Positions 1 through 11,244 of a stretch of DNA of 64,000 nt are shown piece by piece. Both the position numbers and the translations under genes were made by a program. Location: positions 1 to 64,000 of the forward strand of contig CAVTHS010000008.1 in NCBI GenBank assembly GCA_963734535.1, read 5' to 3'. The notes under the pieces are model-generated. The model was given only the letters and a program-made list of their open reading frames with translations. It made no database searches and had not been told where the DNA came from. Position 1 is the stretch's first letter. Every line of letters starts with the position of its first letter. This stretch comes from an uncultured Chloroflexia bacterium. Its GTDB lineage: Bacteria > Chloroflexota > Limnocylindria > Limnocylindrales > CSP1-4.

Positions 1-664
1 CGCGCGACGGTCCGAGGCGCCCATGATGGGCTTGACCGGGCGATCCTCGTGGCCCTGCGCGACATGGGAGCGAGTCGCCGCGACCGGCTGGCGACGCGGG
101 TCGGTGCCAGCCGCGCCAGCGTTCTCCAGCGGCTGCGTCTCGCTCGAGTCACGCGGCTCGGTGATCCGCCAGGCGATCCGTCACGGCGTCGGGCGGCCGC
201 GCCACCTGTACGACGTGACGGCGGAGGCCCAGCGCAGCCTGCCTGCCAACTACGGCGGCCTTGCCACCACGCTCCTCGAGTCGATCGCCGAGCTGGGCGG
301 CGACCAGCTCGTGGACGCGGTCTTCCAGGCACGCCGCCGGCTCCTGGCCGAGCGAATCCGGGCCCGGATCACGGCGGCGCTCGGCCGTCCCCCGCCCTCG
401 CCGCACGCGTCCGGGAGCTGGCCATCATCCAGGACGAGTCGGGCTATCTCTGCCGCGCCACGCCACTCGACGGGGTCGATGGGCCCGCTGGAGCTGCGCG
501 AGGCGAACTGCGCGATCCTCGGCGCGGTCGCGGGCCACCCGGCCGCCTGCCGGGCCGAGGTCCAGCTGTTCGAGGAGGTCCTCGACGCCCGGGTCACGCG
601 GATCTCGCACATCGCCGCGGGCGATCGATCATGCACGTACCGGATCGAGCCGCGCGAGGCCTGA
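1..664 (+). CDS. SufR-like winged-HTH transcriptional regulator (5' end possibly outside window; frameshifted)
   Basis: Pieces in different frames join into an HTH (LATRVGASRASVLQRL), GVGRPRHLY, RVRELAIIQDESGY and a C-terminal Cys cluster (NCAI...CRAE...SCTY) typical of SufR-like regulators. Confidence 0.7.
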   Translation, partial: ARRSEAPMMGLTGRSSWPCATWERVAATGWRRGSVPAAPAFSSGCVSLESRGSVIRQAIRHGVGRPRHLYDVTAEAQRSLPANYGGLATTLLESIAELGGDQLVDAVFQARRRLLAERIRARITAALGRPPPSPHASGSWPSSRTSRAISAAPRHSTGSMGPLELREANCAILGAVAGHPAACRAEVQLFEEVLDARVTRISHIAAGDRSCTYRIEPREA

Positions 665-726
665 GCTGCGTCGGACCTGACCCGCGCTCGGGTGCTGCGT
701 GACCCGCCTGGTCCCGGCCCGAGACG

Positions 727-1788
727 CTAGGCCTCTTCCCGCTCCACCACCACCCGCGATGGCGGTTCCAGGCGCGGGAGCGGCACGTCGCTCACGTTGG
801 GCACGAACAACGCCTGCATCGCCGTCCGGGCCACCTCCTCCTGCTCCTCGAGGCTGAGGATGCCCAGCCGGCCCAGCATCGCGAGCTCGTCGCGAATGTA
901 CGTCTTGAGCATCTCCGGGCCATCGGTGTTGATCGTGAAGCGGATCTGGTTGCGCCGGAACGTATCGAGGATCCAGCGAAACTCGTCCCAGCCGGACACC
1001 ACCCGCGTGTTCAGGTTCGACGTCGGGCAGATCTCCAGGACGATCCCCCGCTCGCGGATCATGGCCATCGTCCGGGGGTCGTAGGCGGCCTTGACGCCGT
1101 GGCCGATCCGGTCCGGCTCGAGCTCCTCGATGACCTCCGCGATCTCCTCGACAGGCCCAGACTCGCCCGTGTGGACGGTGATCCCCAGGTGGTGACGCCG
1201 GACGCGCTGGAAGAGCCGGCGGTACTCCTTCACCCGGAAGCCGGAGGACTCCGGCCCGGCGATGTCGATGCCGACGATGCCCCGGTCACGGCCGCTGATC
1301 GCCTTCTCCGCGATGATCTCGTTGAGCTGGTACGGGAACGTGCGATCGAGGCAGAGGATCAGGCCCGGCCGGATCGGGTACTCGAGGACCGCCCGGTCCA
1401 TTCCGCGCATCGCCGCCGCGATGATGTGATCCAGGTCCTGTTCGCCGCCGCGGTTCCGCTTCATCGGGTTGAAGCGAAGCTCCATGGTGGTGACGTTGTT
1501 CTTGCGGTAGGCCCCGCCGACCACCTCGTAGACCGATCGCTCGATCGCGATGGGCGACGACTGGATCAGCTCCGTCCAGCGAAACAGCTCCAGGTAGCCG
1601 TCGAAGGAATGGCCGTGCCGGCTGGAGACCGTGATCATGTCCCGGAACTCCCAGTAGTCCTTCGTCGGGAGCCGGATTCCCTGGCTGTGCGCGATCCCCC
1701 ACATGATCGCGGGCGTGACCGCGCCGCCGAGGTGGCAGTGCAGCTCGGCCAGCGGCACCTTGCGCGACAGCGGGCGGGTCACGGTCAC
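727..1788 (-). CDS. add: Adenosine deaminase-family amidohydrolase
   Basis: Motifs ELHCHLGG, TVHTGE, RIGHG, EICPTSN and NTDGP; GTG start chosen just upstream of the HxH motif. Confidence 0.85.
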   Translation of the reverse strand: MTVTRPLSRKVPLAELHCHLGGAVTPAIMWGIAHSQGIRLPTKDYWEFRDMITVSSRHGHSFDGYLELFRWTELIQSSPIAIERSVYEVVGGAYRKNNVTTMELRFNPMKRNRGGEQDLDHIIAAAMRGMDRAVLEYPIRPGLILCLDRTFPYQLNEIIAEKAISGRDRGIVGIDIAGPESSGFRVKEYRRLFQRVRRHHLGITVHTGESGPVEEIAEVIEELEPDRIGHGVKAAYDPRTMAMIRERGIVLEICPTSNLNTRVVSGWDEFRWILDTFRRNQIRFTINTDGPEMLKTYIRDELAMLGRLGILSLEEQEEVARTAMQALFVPNVSDVPLPRLEPPSRVVVEREEA

Positions 1789-1847
1789 AGGATATCGCGC
1801 CGGCGGGCCCCGCCGAAGGCTGCGGTCAGGTTGCGGTATGGGACGTG

Positions 1848-1877
1848 TTGCGCACGCGCGCATGCACTCACTACGCT
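1848..1877 (+). promoter_or_regulatory. Candidate sigma70-type promoter for the amino-acid ABC operon
   Basis: TTGCGC-N18-TACGCT upstream of a GAGGAGG RBS and the ATG at 1968. Confidence 0.35.
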
Positions 1878-1967
1878 AGCGCCTGGGATGGGCCGCGACG
1901 GAATGTCGCTGGTCGCTGGTGGCGACGGCGCGACGATCGCCAAGGGTCACACGAGGAGGAGTGGTTC

Positions 1968-2909
1968 ATGTTCATGATGCGTTCCCGCGCGCTTGTGCTC
2001 GCGGGTGCGATGGCCGTCTTCGTGGCCGCGTGCTCGGGCGGCGCGACAGCTGCCCCGTCGACGGCGCCGGCCGCGTCCGCATCACCGGCGGCCTCGGCGG
2101 CCCCGTCGGCGCCCGCCTCGCCGGCCCCGTCGGCGGCCGCTTCACCGAGCGCGGCCGGAGTCCTGGTCCCGGATCGGATCAAGTCCGCAGGCACGTTGAT
2201 CGTCTGCAGCGACGTCAGCTACGCACCCGAGGAGTTCTACGCGGCCGACGGCACGACGATCCAGGGATCCGACATCGACATCGCGGGCGACATCGCCAAG
2301 CGCTGGAGCGTCACGCTCCAGGTCGACAACACCCCGTTCGACGGGATCATCGCGGCCCTCAAGGCCAAGAAGTGCGACATGATCCTGAGCGGCATGAACT
2401 CGACCGACGAGCGCAAGAAGGAGGTCGACTTCGTCGACTACCTCAAGGTTGGACAGGGCCTCCTGGTCCCGACGGGCAACCCCAAGAACATCAAGACGCT
2501 CGACGACCTCTCGGGCAAGTCCGTCGCCGTCCAGCTCGGAACCTCCAACAAGGACACCCTCGACGCGAAGGACAAGGAGCTGAAAGCGGCCGGGAAGCCG
2601 GGAATCGATGTCGTCGGATTCGAGAAGGACACTGACGCATTCCAGCAGCTCGCCCTCGGGCGCGTCGATGCGTACTCGACGGACTCGCCGGTCGTCGCCT
2701 ACTACAACACCCTGCCCAACAACGCGGGCAAGTTCGAGGTCGGTGGGACGCCGATCGACCCGATCGCGATCGGGGTCGCGATGCGCAAGGACGACCCGGG
2801 CATGAAGGACGCGGTCCAGGCTGCCATCGACGCCATGTACGCCGACGGGGCGCTCAAGGCGATCGTCGACAAGTGGGGCATGACGAACGCCGTCGTCCTG
2901 CTCAAGTAG
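1968..2909 (+). CDS. Polar amino-acid ABC transporter substrate-binding lipoprotein
   Basis: Lipobox VAAC, APS-rich linker, family-3 SBP motifs (FDGIIAALKAKKCD, TDERKKEVDF); RBS GAGGAGG. Confidence 0.9.
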   Translation: MFMMRSRALVLAGAMAVFVAACSGGATAAPSTAPAASASPAASAAPSAPASPAPSAAASPSAAGVLVPDRIKSAGTLIVCSDVSYAPEEFYAADGTTIQGSDIDIAGDIAKRWSVTLQVDNTPFDGIIAALKAKKCDMILSGMNSTDERKKEVDFVDYLKVGQGLLVPTGNPKNIKTLDDLSGKSVAVQLGTSNKDTLDAKDKELKAAGKPGIDVVGFEKDTDAFQQLALGRVDAYSTDSPVVAYYNTLPNNAGKFEVGGTPIDPIAIGVAMRKDDPGMKDAVQAAIDAMYADGALKAIVDKWGMTNAVVLLK

Positions 2910-2936
2910 CGTGCTCGGCTAGCGTCGTGATCGATC

Positions 2937-2971
2937 GGGCGCGGAGCGGCGGCGACGTCCTCTCCGCGCCC
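2937..2971 (+). terminator. Stem-loop after SBP gene (mRNA-stabilising hairpin or attenuator)
   Basis: gggcgcggag...ctccgcgccc 10-bp inverted repeat, no U-tract. Confidence 0.4.
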
Positions 2972-2991
2972 CCACCGGAAGCGGGCGAACC

Positions 2992-3783
2992 GTGAACTTC
3001 AACTTCGACGACTTCCTGCCGTTCACCTTCCAGCCGTCGGCGGCGCTCATCGGCGGTCTTGCGATCACGATCTATGCCGCGATCGTCGCCCAGGTGCTCG
3101 GCGTGGCGCTTGGCATCCTGGCCGCCCTCGGCGGCCGTTCGCGGAACCCGATCATCAACACCATCAGCGGCTTCTACGTCTGGATCTTCCGCGGCACGCC
3201 GGTGCTGGTCCAGATCCTCCTGCTGTACACCGGCCTTCCGGTCCTGCTCGGGATCGACCTGTTCCCCCGCCTATACGAGCTTGGTCCGATCGACTTCCGG
3301 GGCGCCGTGGTCGCCGGCATCCTGGCCCTCGGCGTGAACGAGGGCGCCTACATGAGCGAGATCGTCCGCGCCGGCATCCTGTCCGTCGACCCGGGCCAGG
3401 CCGAGGCGGCCAAGTCCCTGGGGATGACCCCACGCAAGACGATGCGCCGCATCGTCCTTCCCCAGGCGCTTCGCGTGATCGTCCCGCCGCTCGGCAACGA
3501 GTTCAACAACATGCTCAAGACGACCTCGCTCATGAGCGTGATCGGGGTGGGCGAGCTCCTGCGCGTCGCGACCGACCGTTCGTCATCGACGTTCCGGCCC
3601 TTCGAGCCGCTCCTGGGCGTGTGCGTCTACTACCTGGCCCTCACCACGATCTGGGGGTTCATCCAGGGTCGCATCGAGAAGCGCCTCGGGGTGGGCCAGG
3701 CGTCCGGTGAGCCCGTCCCCGGCTTCTGGGCGCGCATGCTGGGCATGGGACGCGGACGACAGGGCGAGAGGGGCGGCATATGA
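2992..3783 (+). CDS. Amino-acid ABC transporter permease (HisM/GlnP family)
   Basis: [20 protein letters not shown] and the [14 protein letters not shown] loop. Confidence 0.92.
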   Translation: MNFNFDDFLPFTFQPSAALIGGLAITIYAAIVAQVLGVALGILAALGGRSRNPIINTISGFYVWIFRGTPVLVQILLLYTGLPVLLGIDLFPRLYELGPIDFRGAVVAGILALGVNEGAYMSEIVRAGILSVDPGQAEAAKSLGMTPRKTMRRIVLPQALRVIVPPLGNEFNNMLKTTSLMSVIGVGELLRVATDRSSSTFRPFEPLLGVCVYYLALTTIWGFIQGRIEKRLGVGQASGEPVPGFWARMLGMGRGRQGERGGI

Positions 3784-4622
3784 CCGGCCACGACCACGCC
3801 ACGGGAGTCGTCGTCGCCAATGATCTCCTGGGCGCCATCGGCGGCGTTCCGCGCCCGGACACCGACGTGGTCGTCGACGCGCAGGACGTCGGGAAGTGGT
3901 TCGGCAAGCTCCACGTCCTCGACGGCGTGAGCCTCCGGGTCAGGCGGCAGGAGGTGGTCGTGATGATCGGCGCCTCCGGCTCCGGCAAGACGACCTTCAT
4001 CCGCTGCATCAACCACCTGGAGAAGATCCAGAAGGGTCGCATCTTCGTGAACGGCCACCTGATCGGATACCGCGAGGTCGACGGCCGGCTGGTGGAGGAC
4101 CGCGAGAAGAACATCGCCCACCAGCGCCGGGAGATCGGCATGGTCTTCCAGCGCTTCAACCTGTTCCCGCACAAGACGGCATTGGAGAACATCATCGAGG
4201 CGCCCATCGAGGTCCGGGGGACGCCCAGGGCCGAGGCCATCGAGATGGGGCGCGCGCTCCTGTCGCGGGTCGGCCTCGCCGCGAAGGAGACGGCATACCC
4301 GGCCCAGCTGTCCGGGGGTCAGCAGCAGCGTGTGGCAATCGCCCGCGCGCTCGCCATGAAGCCGGCGCTCATGCTGTTCGACGAGCCGACCTCCGCCCTC
4401 GACCCCGAGATGATCGGCGAGGTTCTCGAGGTCATGAAGGAGCTGGCCCGGGAGGGCATGACGATGATCGTCGTCACCCACGAGATGGGCTTTGCCCGCG
4501 AGGTCGCCGACCGGGTCGTGATGATGGATGACGGCCAGATCATCGAGGACGGCACACCGGAGCATTTCTTCACGAACCCGACGCACGAGCGCACGAAGAG
4601 CTTCCTCTCCAAGATCCTCTGA
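3780..4622 (+). CDS. Amino-acid ABC transporter ATP-binding protein (GlnQ family)
   Basis: Walker A GASGSGKT, signature [26 protein letters not shown]. Confidence 0.95.
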   Translation: MTGHDHATGVVVANDLLGAIGGVPRPDTDVVVDAQDVGKWFGKLHVLDGVSLRVRRQEVVVMIGASGSGKTTFIRCINHLEKIQKGRIFVNGHLIGYREVDGRLVEDREKNIAHQRREIGMVFQRFNLFPHKTALENIIEAPIEVRGTPRAEAIEMGRALLSRVGLAAKETAYPAQLSGGQQQRVAIARALAMKPALMLFDEPTSALDPEMIGEVLEVMKELAREGMTMIVVTHEMGFAREVADRVVMMDDGQIIEDGTPEHFFTNPTHERTKSFLSKIL

Positions 4623-4668
4623 GGCGGCGGCTTCGGCCCGCGGGGGCGGGCCGCGAGAGGGCGGGCCG

Positions 4669-5736
4669 TCAGGCGGGCACGCCCGGGATCACGCGACCGT
4701 CGGCGTCGAGCTCCGCCCGCCGCGCGGCCGCGCGCAGCGCCGCCCCCGGGACCTGGTCGCGGGCGTGATAGGACGAGCGCACGAGCGGCCCCGACTCGAC
4801 GTGCCGGAAGCCGAGCGCGAGCGCCTCGGCCTTCATGTCGGCGAACTCGTCGGGGTGGTAGTAGCGGACGAGCGGCAGGTGGGCGACGGTGGGCCGCAGG
4901 TACTGGCCGATCGTGAGGATGTCGCAGTCGACGGCCCGCAGGTCGCGGAACGCCTGCGACAGCTCGGCGCGCTCCTCTCCCAGGCCCACCATGATCGAGC
5001 TCTTGGTGTTGGCCGTTCGGCCAAGCTCGACCGCGTATGCCTTCGCGCGCAGGAGCACGCCCAGGCTGCGGTCGTAGCGGGCGCGCTTCCGGACCGGGGC
5101 CTGCAGCCGCGCGACCGTCTCCACGTTGTGGTTGAGGATGTCGGGTCCGGCCTCCATCACCGTTCGAAGCGGCGCCTCCGCGCCGTTGAAATCGGGAATG
5201 AGCACCTCGACGCCCATCCCGGGGCAGCGATCGCGCAGGCGCCGGATCGTCTCGGCGAAGACGCTGGCGCCGCCGTCGGGCAGGTCGTCGCGGGCGACCG
5301 AGGTGACGACCACGTGCTCGAGGCCCATCGCGGCGACGGCCTCCGCCACGCGGCGCGGCTCGTCGGGGTCGAACCAGGTCGGGCGTCCGGTCTTGATGGC
5401 GCAGAACCCGCAGGCGCGCGTGCAGGTGTCGCCCAGGATCATCACGGTGGCAGTCCGCTGGTCCCAGCACTCCCCGATGTTCGGGCAGCGCGCCTCTTCG
5501 CAGACCGTGTTCAGGTTGAGGCCGCGGACGAGGCGGCGCAGGTCCTGGTACTCGTCGCCGGCGCCGATCCGCGCCTTGAGCCACTCCGGGTGGCGACGCG
5601 ACGCCGGCGCGCTGTCTCCGGACCTGGCCGCGGCCAGGTCTGGCGGCCCACCGATGGCGATGGACAGCCCGGCGCCCGCGTCGTGGCCGTCGTGGCCTGC
5701 GACGGGCGGGGTGAAGATCGGCAGCTCGCGGCTCAT
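4669..5736 (-). CDS. lipA: Lipoyl synthase
   Basis: [12 protein letters not shown], radical-SAM CTRACGFC and the C-terminal RSSYHA. Confidence 0.96.
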   Translation of the reverse strand: MSRELPIFTPPVAGHDGHDAGAGLSIAIGGPPDLAAARSGDSAPASRRHPEWLKARIGAGDEYQDLRRLVRGLNLNTVCEEARCPNIGECWDQRTATVMILGDTCTRACGFCAIKTGRPTWFDPDEPRRVAEAVAAMGLEHVVVTSVARDDLPDGGASVFAETIRRLRDRCPGMGVEVLIPDFNGAEAPLRTVMEAGPDILNHNVETVARLQAPVRKRARYDRSLGVLLRAKAYAVELGRTANTKSSIMVGLGEERAELSQAFRDLRAVDCDILTIGQYLRPTVAHLPLVRYYHPDEFADMKAEALALGFRHVESGPLVRSSYHARDQVPGAALRAAARRAELDADGRVIPGVPA

Positions 5737-5776
5737 CGCCGTCCAGTGTAGGGCGCCCGCCGGTTCCAGCCCGGGC

Positions 5777-6400
5777 TCAGCAACCGGTCGCAACGTGATA
5801 GGCGTACCCGGCCATCGCGCCGTCGCTCCAGACCATGACCTCCTGGCGGGCGCGCCCGTCAGGCGTGTTCTCCAGGAGCACCAGGAACAGGTGGTCGAGT
5901 CGATACCCGCTGTCGATGTACGAGACGCCGTCGATCAGCCCGGGCCGGACGGTATCGGTCCGCAGGTAGAGCCGGCCGTCGTAGCGCAACCAGTTCGGAT
6001 AGGTCTCGACCTGGGCGATGGCGTTCACGTCCGGACAGGAGTCGAGGCGCTGCCCGGAGGTCACCGTGGTGGTTGGCCCGGTCCACGTCGCAACCGTCCG
6101 CTCGCGCACCCAATCGCCGCCAAGCTTGGCGCCGATCGCCGCGAGGACGATGAGTGCGACGAGAATCGTCAGCCGGGTCGCGATCGGGTGCCAGGCGAGA
6201 TCGTCGAGGAAGGCGAGGCGACGCCGGCGGCGAGGCTGGAGCTGGATCTCGCGCCCGGCCCGCAGCACGCGCACGAGGCTCGAGTAGCGGTCACGGTCAC
6301 CGACGATCCGGTCGCGCCGCGCGGCCCGCTCGGCGATCGACATCCGCTCGCGCTCCCGCTCGAGGCTCCCCTCCGTTGCGTCGCTCTGCGGGTCCGCCAC
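5777..6400 (-). CDS. Hypothetical single-pass membrane protein
   Basis: ORF between E2 and lipA on the same strand; AGGAAG RBS before GTG; one hydrophobic segment ([14 protein letters not shown]). Confidence 0.6.
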   Translation of the reverse strand: MADPQSDATEGSLERERERMSIAERAARRDRIVGDRDRYSSLVRVLRAGREIQLQPRRRRRLAFLDDLAWHPIATRLTILVALIVLAAIGAKLGGDWVRERTVATWTGPTTTVTSGQRLDSCPDVNAIAQVETYPNWLRYDGRLYLRTDTVRPGLIDGVSYIDSGYRLDHLFLVLLENTPDGRARQEVMVWSDGAMAGYAYHVATGC

Positions 6401-6408
6401 GTCGCTTC

Positions 6409-7880
6409 CTAGTAGACCGGCGTGTCCGGGCCGATGCCTTCCAGCCACGCCTTCACGTCGCGGAGGAAGAACCCTGCCTGTGCGCCGTCGTTGGCGCGAT
6501 GATCGATCCCGATGACCATGTTCATGACGGGCCGGATGGCGATGACGTCGCCCTGGGGCGTCTCGAGCACGACGGGCCGCTTCGTGATCGCCTCCATGGT
6601 GAGGATCGCGACCTCGGGGACGTTGATGATCGGCATCGTCAGGTTGCTGCCGAACCAGCCCGTGTTGTCCACCGTGAAGGTCCCGCCGCCGAAGTCGTCG
6701 GTCCGGAACCGGTTGGCGCGGGCGCGGACCGCCAGCTCGGCGACGGCGTGGTTGATCCCGTTGATGGAGAGCTGGTCCACGTCCCGGACGATGGGCACGA
6801 TCAGGCCATCGTCCACGGCAATGGCGACGCCGAGGTTGACGCGTCGCCGGGCAAGCAGCCCGTCATCGGTCCAGGTCGCGTTGAACGTGGGCTGGCGGCG
6901 GAGCGCCTCGACGACCGCCTTCATCACGAACGGCACGTAGCTGAGGGGGATCCCCTCCCGGGCCTGGTACTCGCGTTTCGCGGCGTCGCGCAGGCGGACC
7001 AGGTTCGTGACGTCCACCTCCACGTGCACGTATGCGTGCGGGACGAGGAGCGCCCGCGTCATCTGCGCGGCGATCCCCTTGCGCATCTTCGTCATCGGCA
7101 CGAGGACCTCGTCCGCGCCCGGCGGGAAGACGACAGCGGGGCCGCCCGACGCGGGTGCGGGGCGGGCCAACGGCGCAGGCGTCCCAGCGGCGGGGGACGC
7201 TGCCGGTGCAGCGGCGGCAGCCGTGGTGCCGGCCGCCGCGACGATCGCCGGAGCGGTGCCCCCGGTCCGGACGAACTCGACGACCGCGAGCACGTCGTCG
7301 CGGGTGATCCGGCCTCCCCCGCCCGTGCCCGGGACCTGCGCGGCCGAGAGGCCGTGCTCGCGGAGCAGCCGGCGGACGGCCGGGGTCATGCGGGCGTCGG
7401 GGTCGCCGTGCTCGGGGAGCGTTGCCGGGACCGCGCCGGCCGCGGTCGGGGTGGCGAGGGGTGCTCGCGGCGCCTCGGCGCGCGGGGTCGGCGCGGCGCG
7501 GCGCTCGGCGGATGCAGCGTTGGGCGCGCTGGCGGACGGGGCGCCTGCGGTGGCCGGGGCCGGCGCGGCAGCTGGGGCCGGCGTCGACGCCTGGGCGGCG
7601 GGCAGAGCCGTGCCCGCCGGCGCCGCTACCGGTTCACCTCGGCCTCCGAGGTCTCGATCTCCGCGATCTCGGCGTTGTTCGGGACGGTCGCGCCCTCCTC
7701 CGCCAGGATCGCGGTCAGGACTCCCGCAAACGGCGACGGCACCTCGGCGTTCACCTTGTCGGTGACCACCTCGACGATCGGCTCGTACTTCTCGACCCGA
7801 TCCCCGGGCTTCTTGAGCCACCGGCCGATCGTGCCCTCGGCGACGCTCTCGCCAAGCTGCGGCATCGTCACCTTTGCCAC
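6409..7880 (-). CDS. bkdB: Dihydrolipoamide acyltransferase E2 of branched-chain 2-oxoacid dehydrogenase (frameshift near 7630)
   Basis: Lipoyl domain MPQLGESV...[11 protein letters not shown] in one frame; E3-binding TPAVRRL...GTGGGGRIT and catalytic DHRANDG in another frame. Confidence 0.9.
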
Positions 7881-8149
7881 GGAGTCCCTCCTCCACGGGA
7901 CGAAGTCCCGCGTCTCGTATTCGTTACGCGCCGGGAGCCGCGCCGGTTCAGCAAGAACACCCACGCCCCGCTAGTGTGGCCGATCCCGCGTCCTTCGGCA
8001 CTCGGGGCTGCCGGCGTCCGCGCACTCACCGGCCCGTACGGGCGAGCCCGCCGCCTGATCGCGGCCCGGCGGCCCTTCGCCCGGCCATGCACCCGAGGGT
8101 CGGCGGCCTGTTCGCGCCCATGCCGCTCGCCTGCGGCCGCCCGCGAGCT

Positions 8150-9133
8150 TCAGTAGGCCGCGAGCGTCCGGATCGCCGCGGCGATCCTCTCGGGCGTGAT
8201 CAGGAATGCCTCCTCGAGGCTGTCCGCGTAGGGCGCGGCCGGCGAGTCCGGGCCGGCGAGGCGCGTGACCGGGCCGTCGAGGTAGTCGAACGCCTCCTCG
8301 GCCACGAGCGCCGCGACCTCTGCCCCGAAGCCGCCGAAGCGGTTGTCCTCGTGGACGACCAGGCACTTGCCGGTCTTCCGGACGGAGGCAAGCACGGTGG
8401 CGGCATCAAGCGGCCGGATCGTGCGGAGGTCGATCACCTCCGTCTCGATCCCCTCCCCCGCCACCCGCTCGGCCGCGTTGAGCGCGTGGTGGACCATCAG
8501 CCCGTACGCGACCAGCGTCACGCGGCTCCCTTCCCGGGTGACCGTCGCGCGGCCGAGCGGCACCGTGTACTCGCCGTCGGGCACCTCGCCGCGGACGCTC
8601 CGGTACAGCTTCTTGTGCTCCAGGAAGATCACCGGGTCGGGGTCCCGGATCGCCGATCGCAGGAGCCCCTTCGCGTCGTACGGGGTCGAGGGGATCACGA
8701 CCTTCAGCCCAGGCACGTGCGCAAAGAACGCCTCGACCGACTGGCTGTGGTAGAGCGCGCCGTGGACGCCGGCCCCGAATGGCGCGCGGATCGTGATCGG
8801 ACAGCCGAACGTCCCGTTGCTTCGATAGCGGATCCGGGCGGCCTCCTGGATGACCTGGTTCATGGCCGGGAAGATGAAGTCGGCGAACTGGATCTCGGCC
8901 ACCGGCCGCAGCCCGTTGGCCGCCGCGCCGATGCTCACCCCGGCGATCATCGACTCCGTCAGCGGCGTGTCGATCACCCGGTCGTCGCCGAACTCCGCCC
9001 AGAGCCCGTCGGTCGCGAAGAAGACGCCACCCTTCTTGCCGACGTCCTCCCCCAGCACGATGACCGCGGCGTCGCGGCGCATCTCGTCCCGCAACCCCTC
9101 GCGGATCGCCTCGATGAACGTGTGGATGGCCAT
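8150..9133 (-). CDS. bkdAB: 2-oxoacid dehydrogenase E1 beta subunit
   Basis: GEDVGKKGGVF, DTPLTE, EIQFADF, GALYHSQS. Confidence 0.93.
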   Translation of the reverse strand: MAIHTFIEAIREGLRDEMRRDAAVIVLGEDVGKKGGVFFATDGLWAEFGDDRVIDTPLTESMIAGVSIGAAANGLRPVAEIQFADFIFPAMNQVIQEAARIRYRSNGTFGCPITIRAPFGAGVHGALYHSQSVEAFFAHVPGLKVVIPSTPYDAKGLLRSAIRDPDPVIFLEHKKLYRSVRGEVPDGEYTVPLGRATVTREGSRVTLVAYGLMVHHALNAAERVAGEGIETEVIDLRTIRPLDAATVLASVRKTGKCLVVHEDNRFGGFGAEVAALVAEEAFDYLDGPVTRLAGPDSPAAPYADSLEEAFLITPERIAAAIRTLAAY

Positions 9134-10185
9134 CAGGCGCGACCCGTCCCCGGCGGCGGGTGGAGCTGTCCCGTGTCGTCCGCCTCCGCGTAGACGTGGC
9201 GCGTCAACGTGGCGGGGTCCGGGTCGGCGGCCGCCTCCGCGAAGTCGGTCGCGTCGTCCACGAGCCCGCGGACCTCGGCCGTGATCGCCGCCTCTGCGGC
9301 CTCGGCAAGGAGGCCGGCCGCCCGAAGCTCGTCACGGAAGGCCGGCAGCGGGTCCCGGCCGCGGCCCTCGGCGAGGTCGTCCTTCGTGCGGTACTTCGTC
9401 TGCTGATCGTCCGACGAGTGCCCGGTCAGGCGGGTGACCTTCGCCTCGATGAAGGTCGGACCGTCGCCGGCGAGCGCGCGGGCGACTGCATCGCGCATGG
9501 CGAGGTAGCAGCCCAGCACGTCGGTCCCGTCCACGATGACGCCCGGCATGTTGTAGCCCGCCGCCCGGACCGCGAGGTCGCGGACCGCGGTCTGCTTCTC
9601 GGCGGGCACGCTGATGGCATACCCGTTGTTCTCGACGAGGAGGACCATCGGGAGGCGGTGGATTCCCGCGAAGTTGAGTGCCTCGTGGACGTCGCCCTGG
9701 TTCGCGGCGCCCTCGCCCATCATCACGACCGCCACCTGCGACTCGCCGCGCAGCTTCGCGGCGAGCGCGATCCCGGCCCCGTGCAGCGCCTGCGTGCCGA
9801 CCGGCGACGAGCTGCTGAAGATCCGGTACGCAGCCCCGCCGTAATGGGCCGGCATCTGGCGCCCGCCCGAGCCGGGGTCGTCGGCCCGCCCGAACTGCTG
9901 GAGCATCAGCTCGCGTGGCGTCATCCCGAACGCGAGCATCGCGGCCATCGATCGGTAGTAGGGCAGGAGCCAATCGCGGCCCGGCGTCAGCGCCGCGCAG
10001 ATCCCCGCCTCCGCGCCCTCGTGGCCCTGGGCGCTGATGACGAAATGGACGCGGCCCGACCGGTTCAGGATCCAGGCGCGCTCGTCGAGCGCGCGCGCGA
10101 GCGCCATCAGCCGGTAGATCTCGCGGAGCCGCTCCGCCGGCAGGCCGGAGCGCTCCACGGGGTCCACGCCTTGCCCGGTCGACAT
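9133..10185 (-). CDS. bkdAA: 2-oxoacid dehydrogenase E1 alpha subunit (branched-chain type)
   Basis: DERAWILNRSG..FVISAQGHE, GRQMPAHY, TPP motif GEGAANQG...ENN, GHSSDD; resembles Bacillus-type BkdAA. Confidence 0.9.
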   Translation of the reverse strand: MSTGQGVDPVERSGLPAERLREIYRLMALARALDERAWILNRSGRVHFVISAQGHEGAEAGICAALTPGRDWLLPYYRSMAAMLAFGMTPRELMLQQFGRADDPGSGGRQMPAHYGGAAYRIFSSSSPVGTQALHGAGIALAAKLRGESQVAVVMMGEGAANQGDVHEALNFAGIHRLPMVLLVENNGYAISVPAEKQTAVRDLAVRAAGYNMPGVIVDGTDVLGCYLAMRDAVARALAGDGPTFIEAKVTRLTGHSSDDQQTKYRTKDDLAEGRGRDPLPAFRDELRAAGLLAEAAEAAITAEVRGLVDDATDFAEAAADPDPATLTRHVYAEADDTGQLHPPPGTGRA

Positions 10186-10396
10186 CGGACGCATGCTACA
10201 AGGGGTCGTTCGGCATGGCGAGGGCCCAGGCTCGTGGATCGGCCTGGGGGATTGCGTCCAGCCGTGAAGACGTGCCTGACGGCCATTGACGCGCACCCGA
10301 ATCGTGTCCCGGCCGGTCCACACGCCGCAAAACCGCTGATCGGAGGACATCGTGGCCGCGATGCGCCACGCGGGCCCTTCGCCAGCCGCGACTGCG

Positions 10397-11215
10397 CTAC
10401 CTCGCGGCCAGTCCCGAGCCGAGGCGCCCGGCGGCCGCGAGCAGGGGTACCCCCATCACAAATGGGGCGATGACCGCCAGCTCGGCCGGGCCGCCCGCCA
10501 CCATGTTGGCGACCATCATCGAGCCGTACGCGACGAGGGGCAGGGACCGGACGAAGAGCCCGCGAGGGGTGCCTCCGGGGGCAGGTCGTATGCGCTCGTA
10601 GCCACGATAGAGCGCGAAGACCGTGAAGGTCGTCACCAGCCAGCCCACGTAGTTCTGGATCGGCACGCCGAGGTACGGCCCGCCGCGCTCCCAGATCCAG
10701 GCTCGGTACGCTGGGCCGGACAGGATGGGATCCACGACGACGTCCCAGGCGGTCATCACGGCCGCCCCGACGACCGCCAGCCAGGCGGCATGTAGGAGTC
10801 CGCCGCGCGTCCCGAATGGCCGCCCATCCACGAGCAGCCCCGCGAGCACGTAGCTCGGGTAGATCATCATGAACCACGCCCCGGGGATCAGGAGGGGGAC
10901 GTCGCCGAGCATCGGACCCAGCACGGTCGTGTAGTGGTAGGGCCCGTACACCACCCCGGTCATGACGCCGACCTGTTCGAACACCCACGAGACAGCCGCG
11001 CTGGCCCCGAAGAACAGTCCCGCGTGGCGAGCTCCGAGCACGTGGATGGCGTGGCAGACGCTGAACACCACGAGCAGCGACGTGAGGCCGTTCAGACCGC
11101 CGGGCACGGCGGGAAGGCCGGCATGGGGGACGATGCCCCGGATTGGGCCGTCGTACACGAAGAGCGCAAGGGCGACGACGCTGGCCCACAGCCAGCCGCC
11201 GCGCTTGGCGCTCAC
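10397..11215 (-). CDS. cruF: Carotenoid biosynthesis membrane protein (DUF422/CruF-like hydratase)
   Basis: E-x-x-GV-x-TG...YGPYHY...LGP..GDVPLLIP..W, AWDVVVDP, WIW..GG.Y.GVPIQNYVGW; multiple TM segments. Confidence 0.8.
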   Translation of the reverse strand: MSAKRGGWLWASVVALALFVYDGPIRGIVPHAGLPAVPGGLNGLTSLLVVFSVCHAIHVLGARHAGLFFGASAAVSWVFEQVGVMTGVVYGPYHYTTVLGPMLGDVPLLIPGAWFMMIYPSYVLAGLLVDGRPFGTRGGLLHAAWLAVVGAAVMTAWDVVVDPILSGPAYRAWIWERGGPYLGVPIQNYVGWLVTTFTVFALYRGYERIRPAPGGTPRGLFVRSLPLVAYGSMMVANMVAGGPAELAVIAPFVMGVPLLAAAGRLGSGLAAR

Positions 11216-11244
11216 GTCGCCTCGGGCCGTCAGCACCGCGACCG

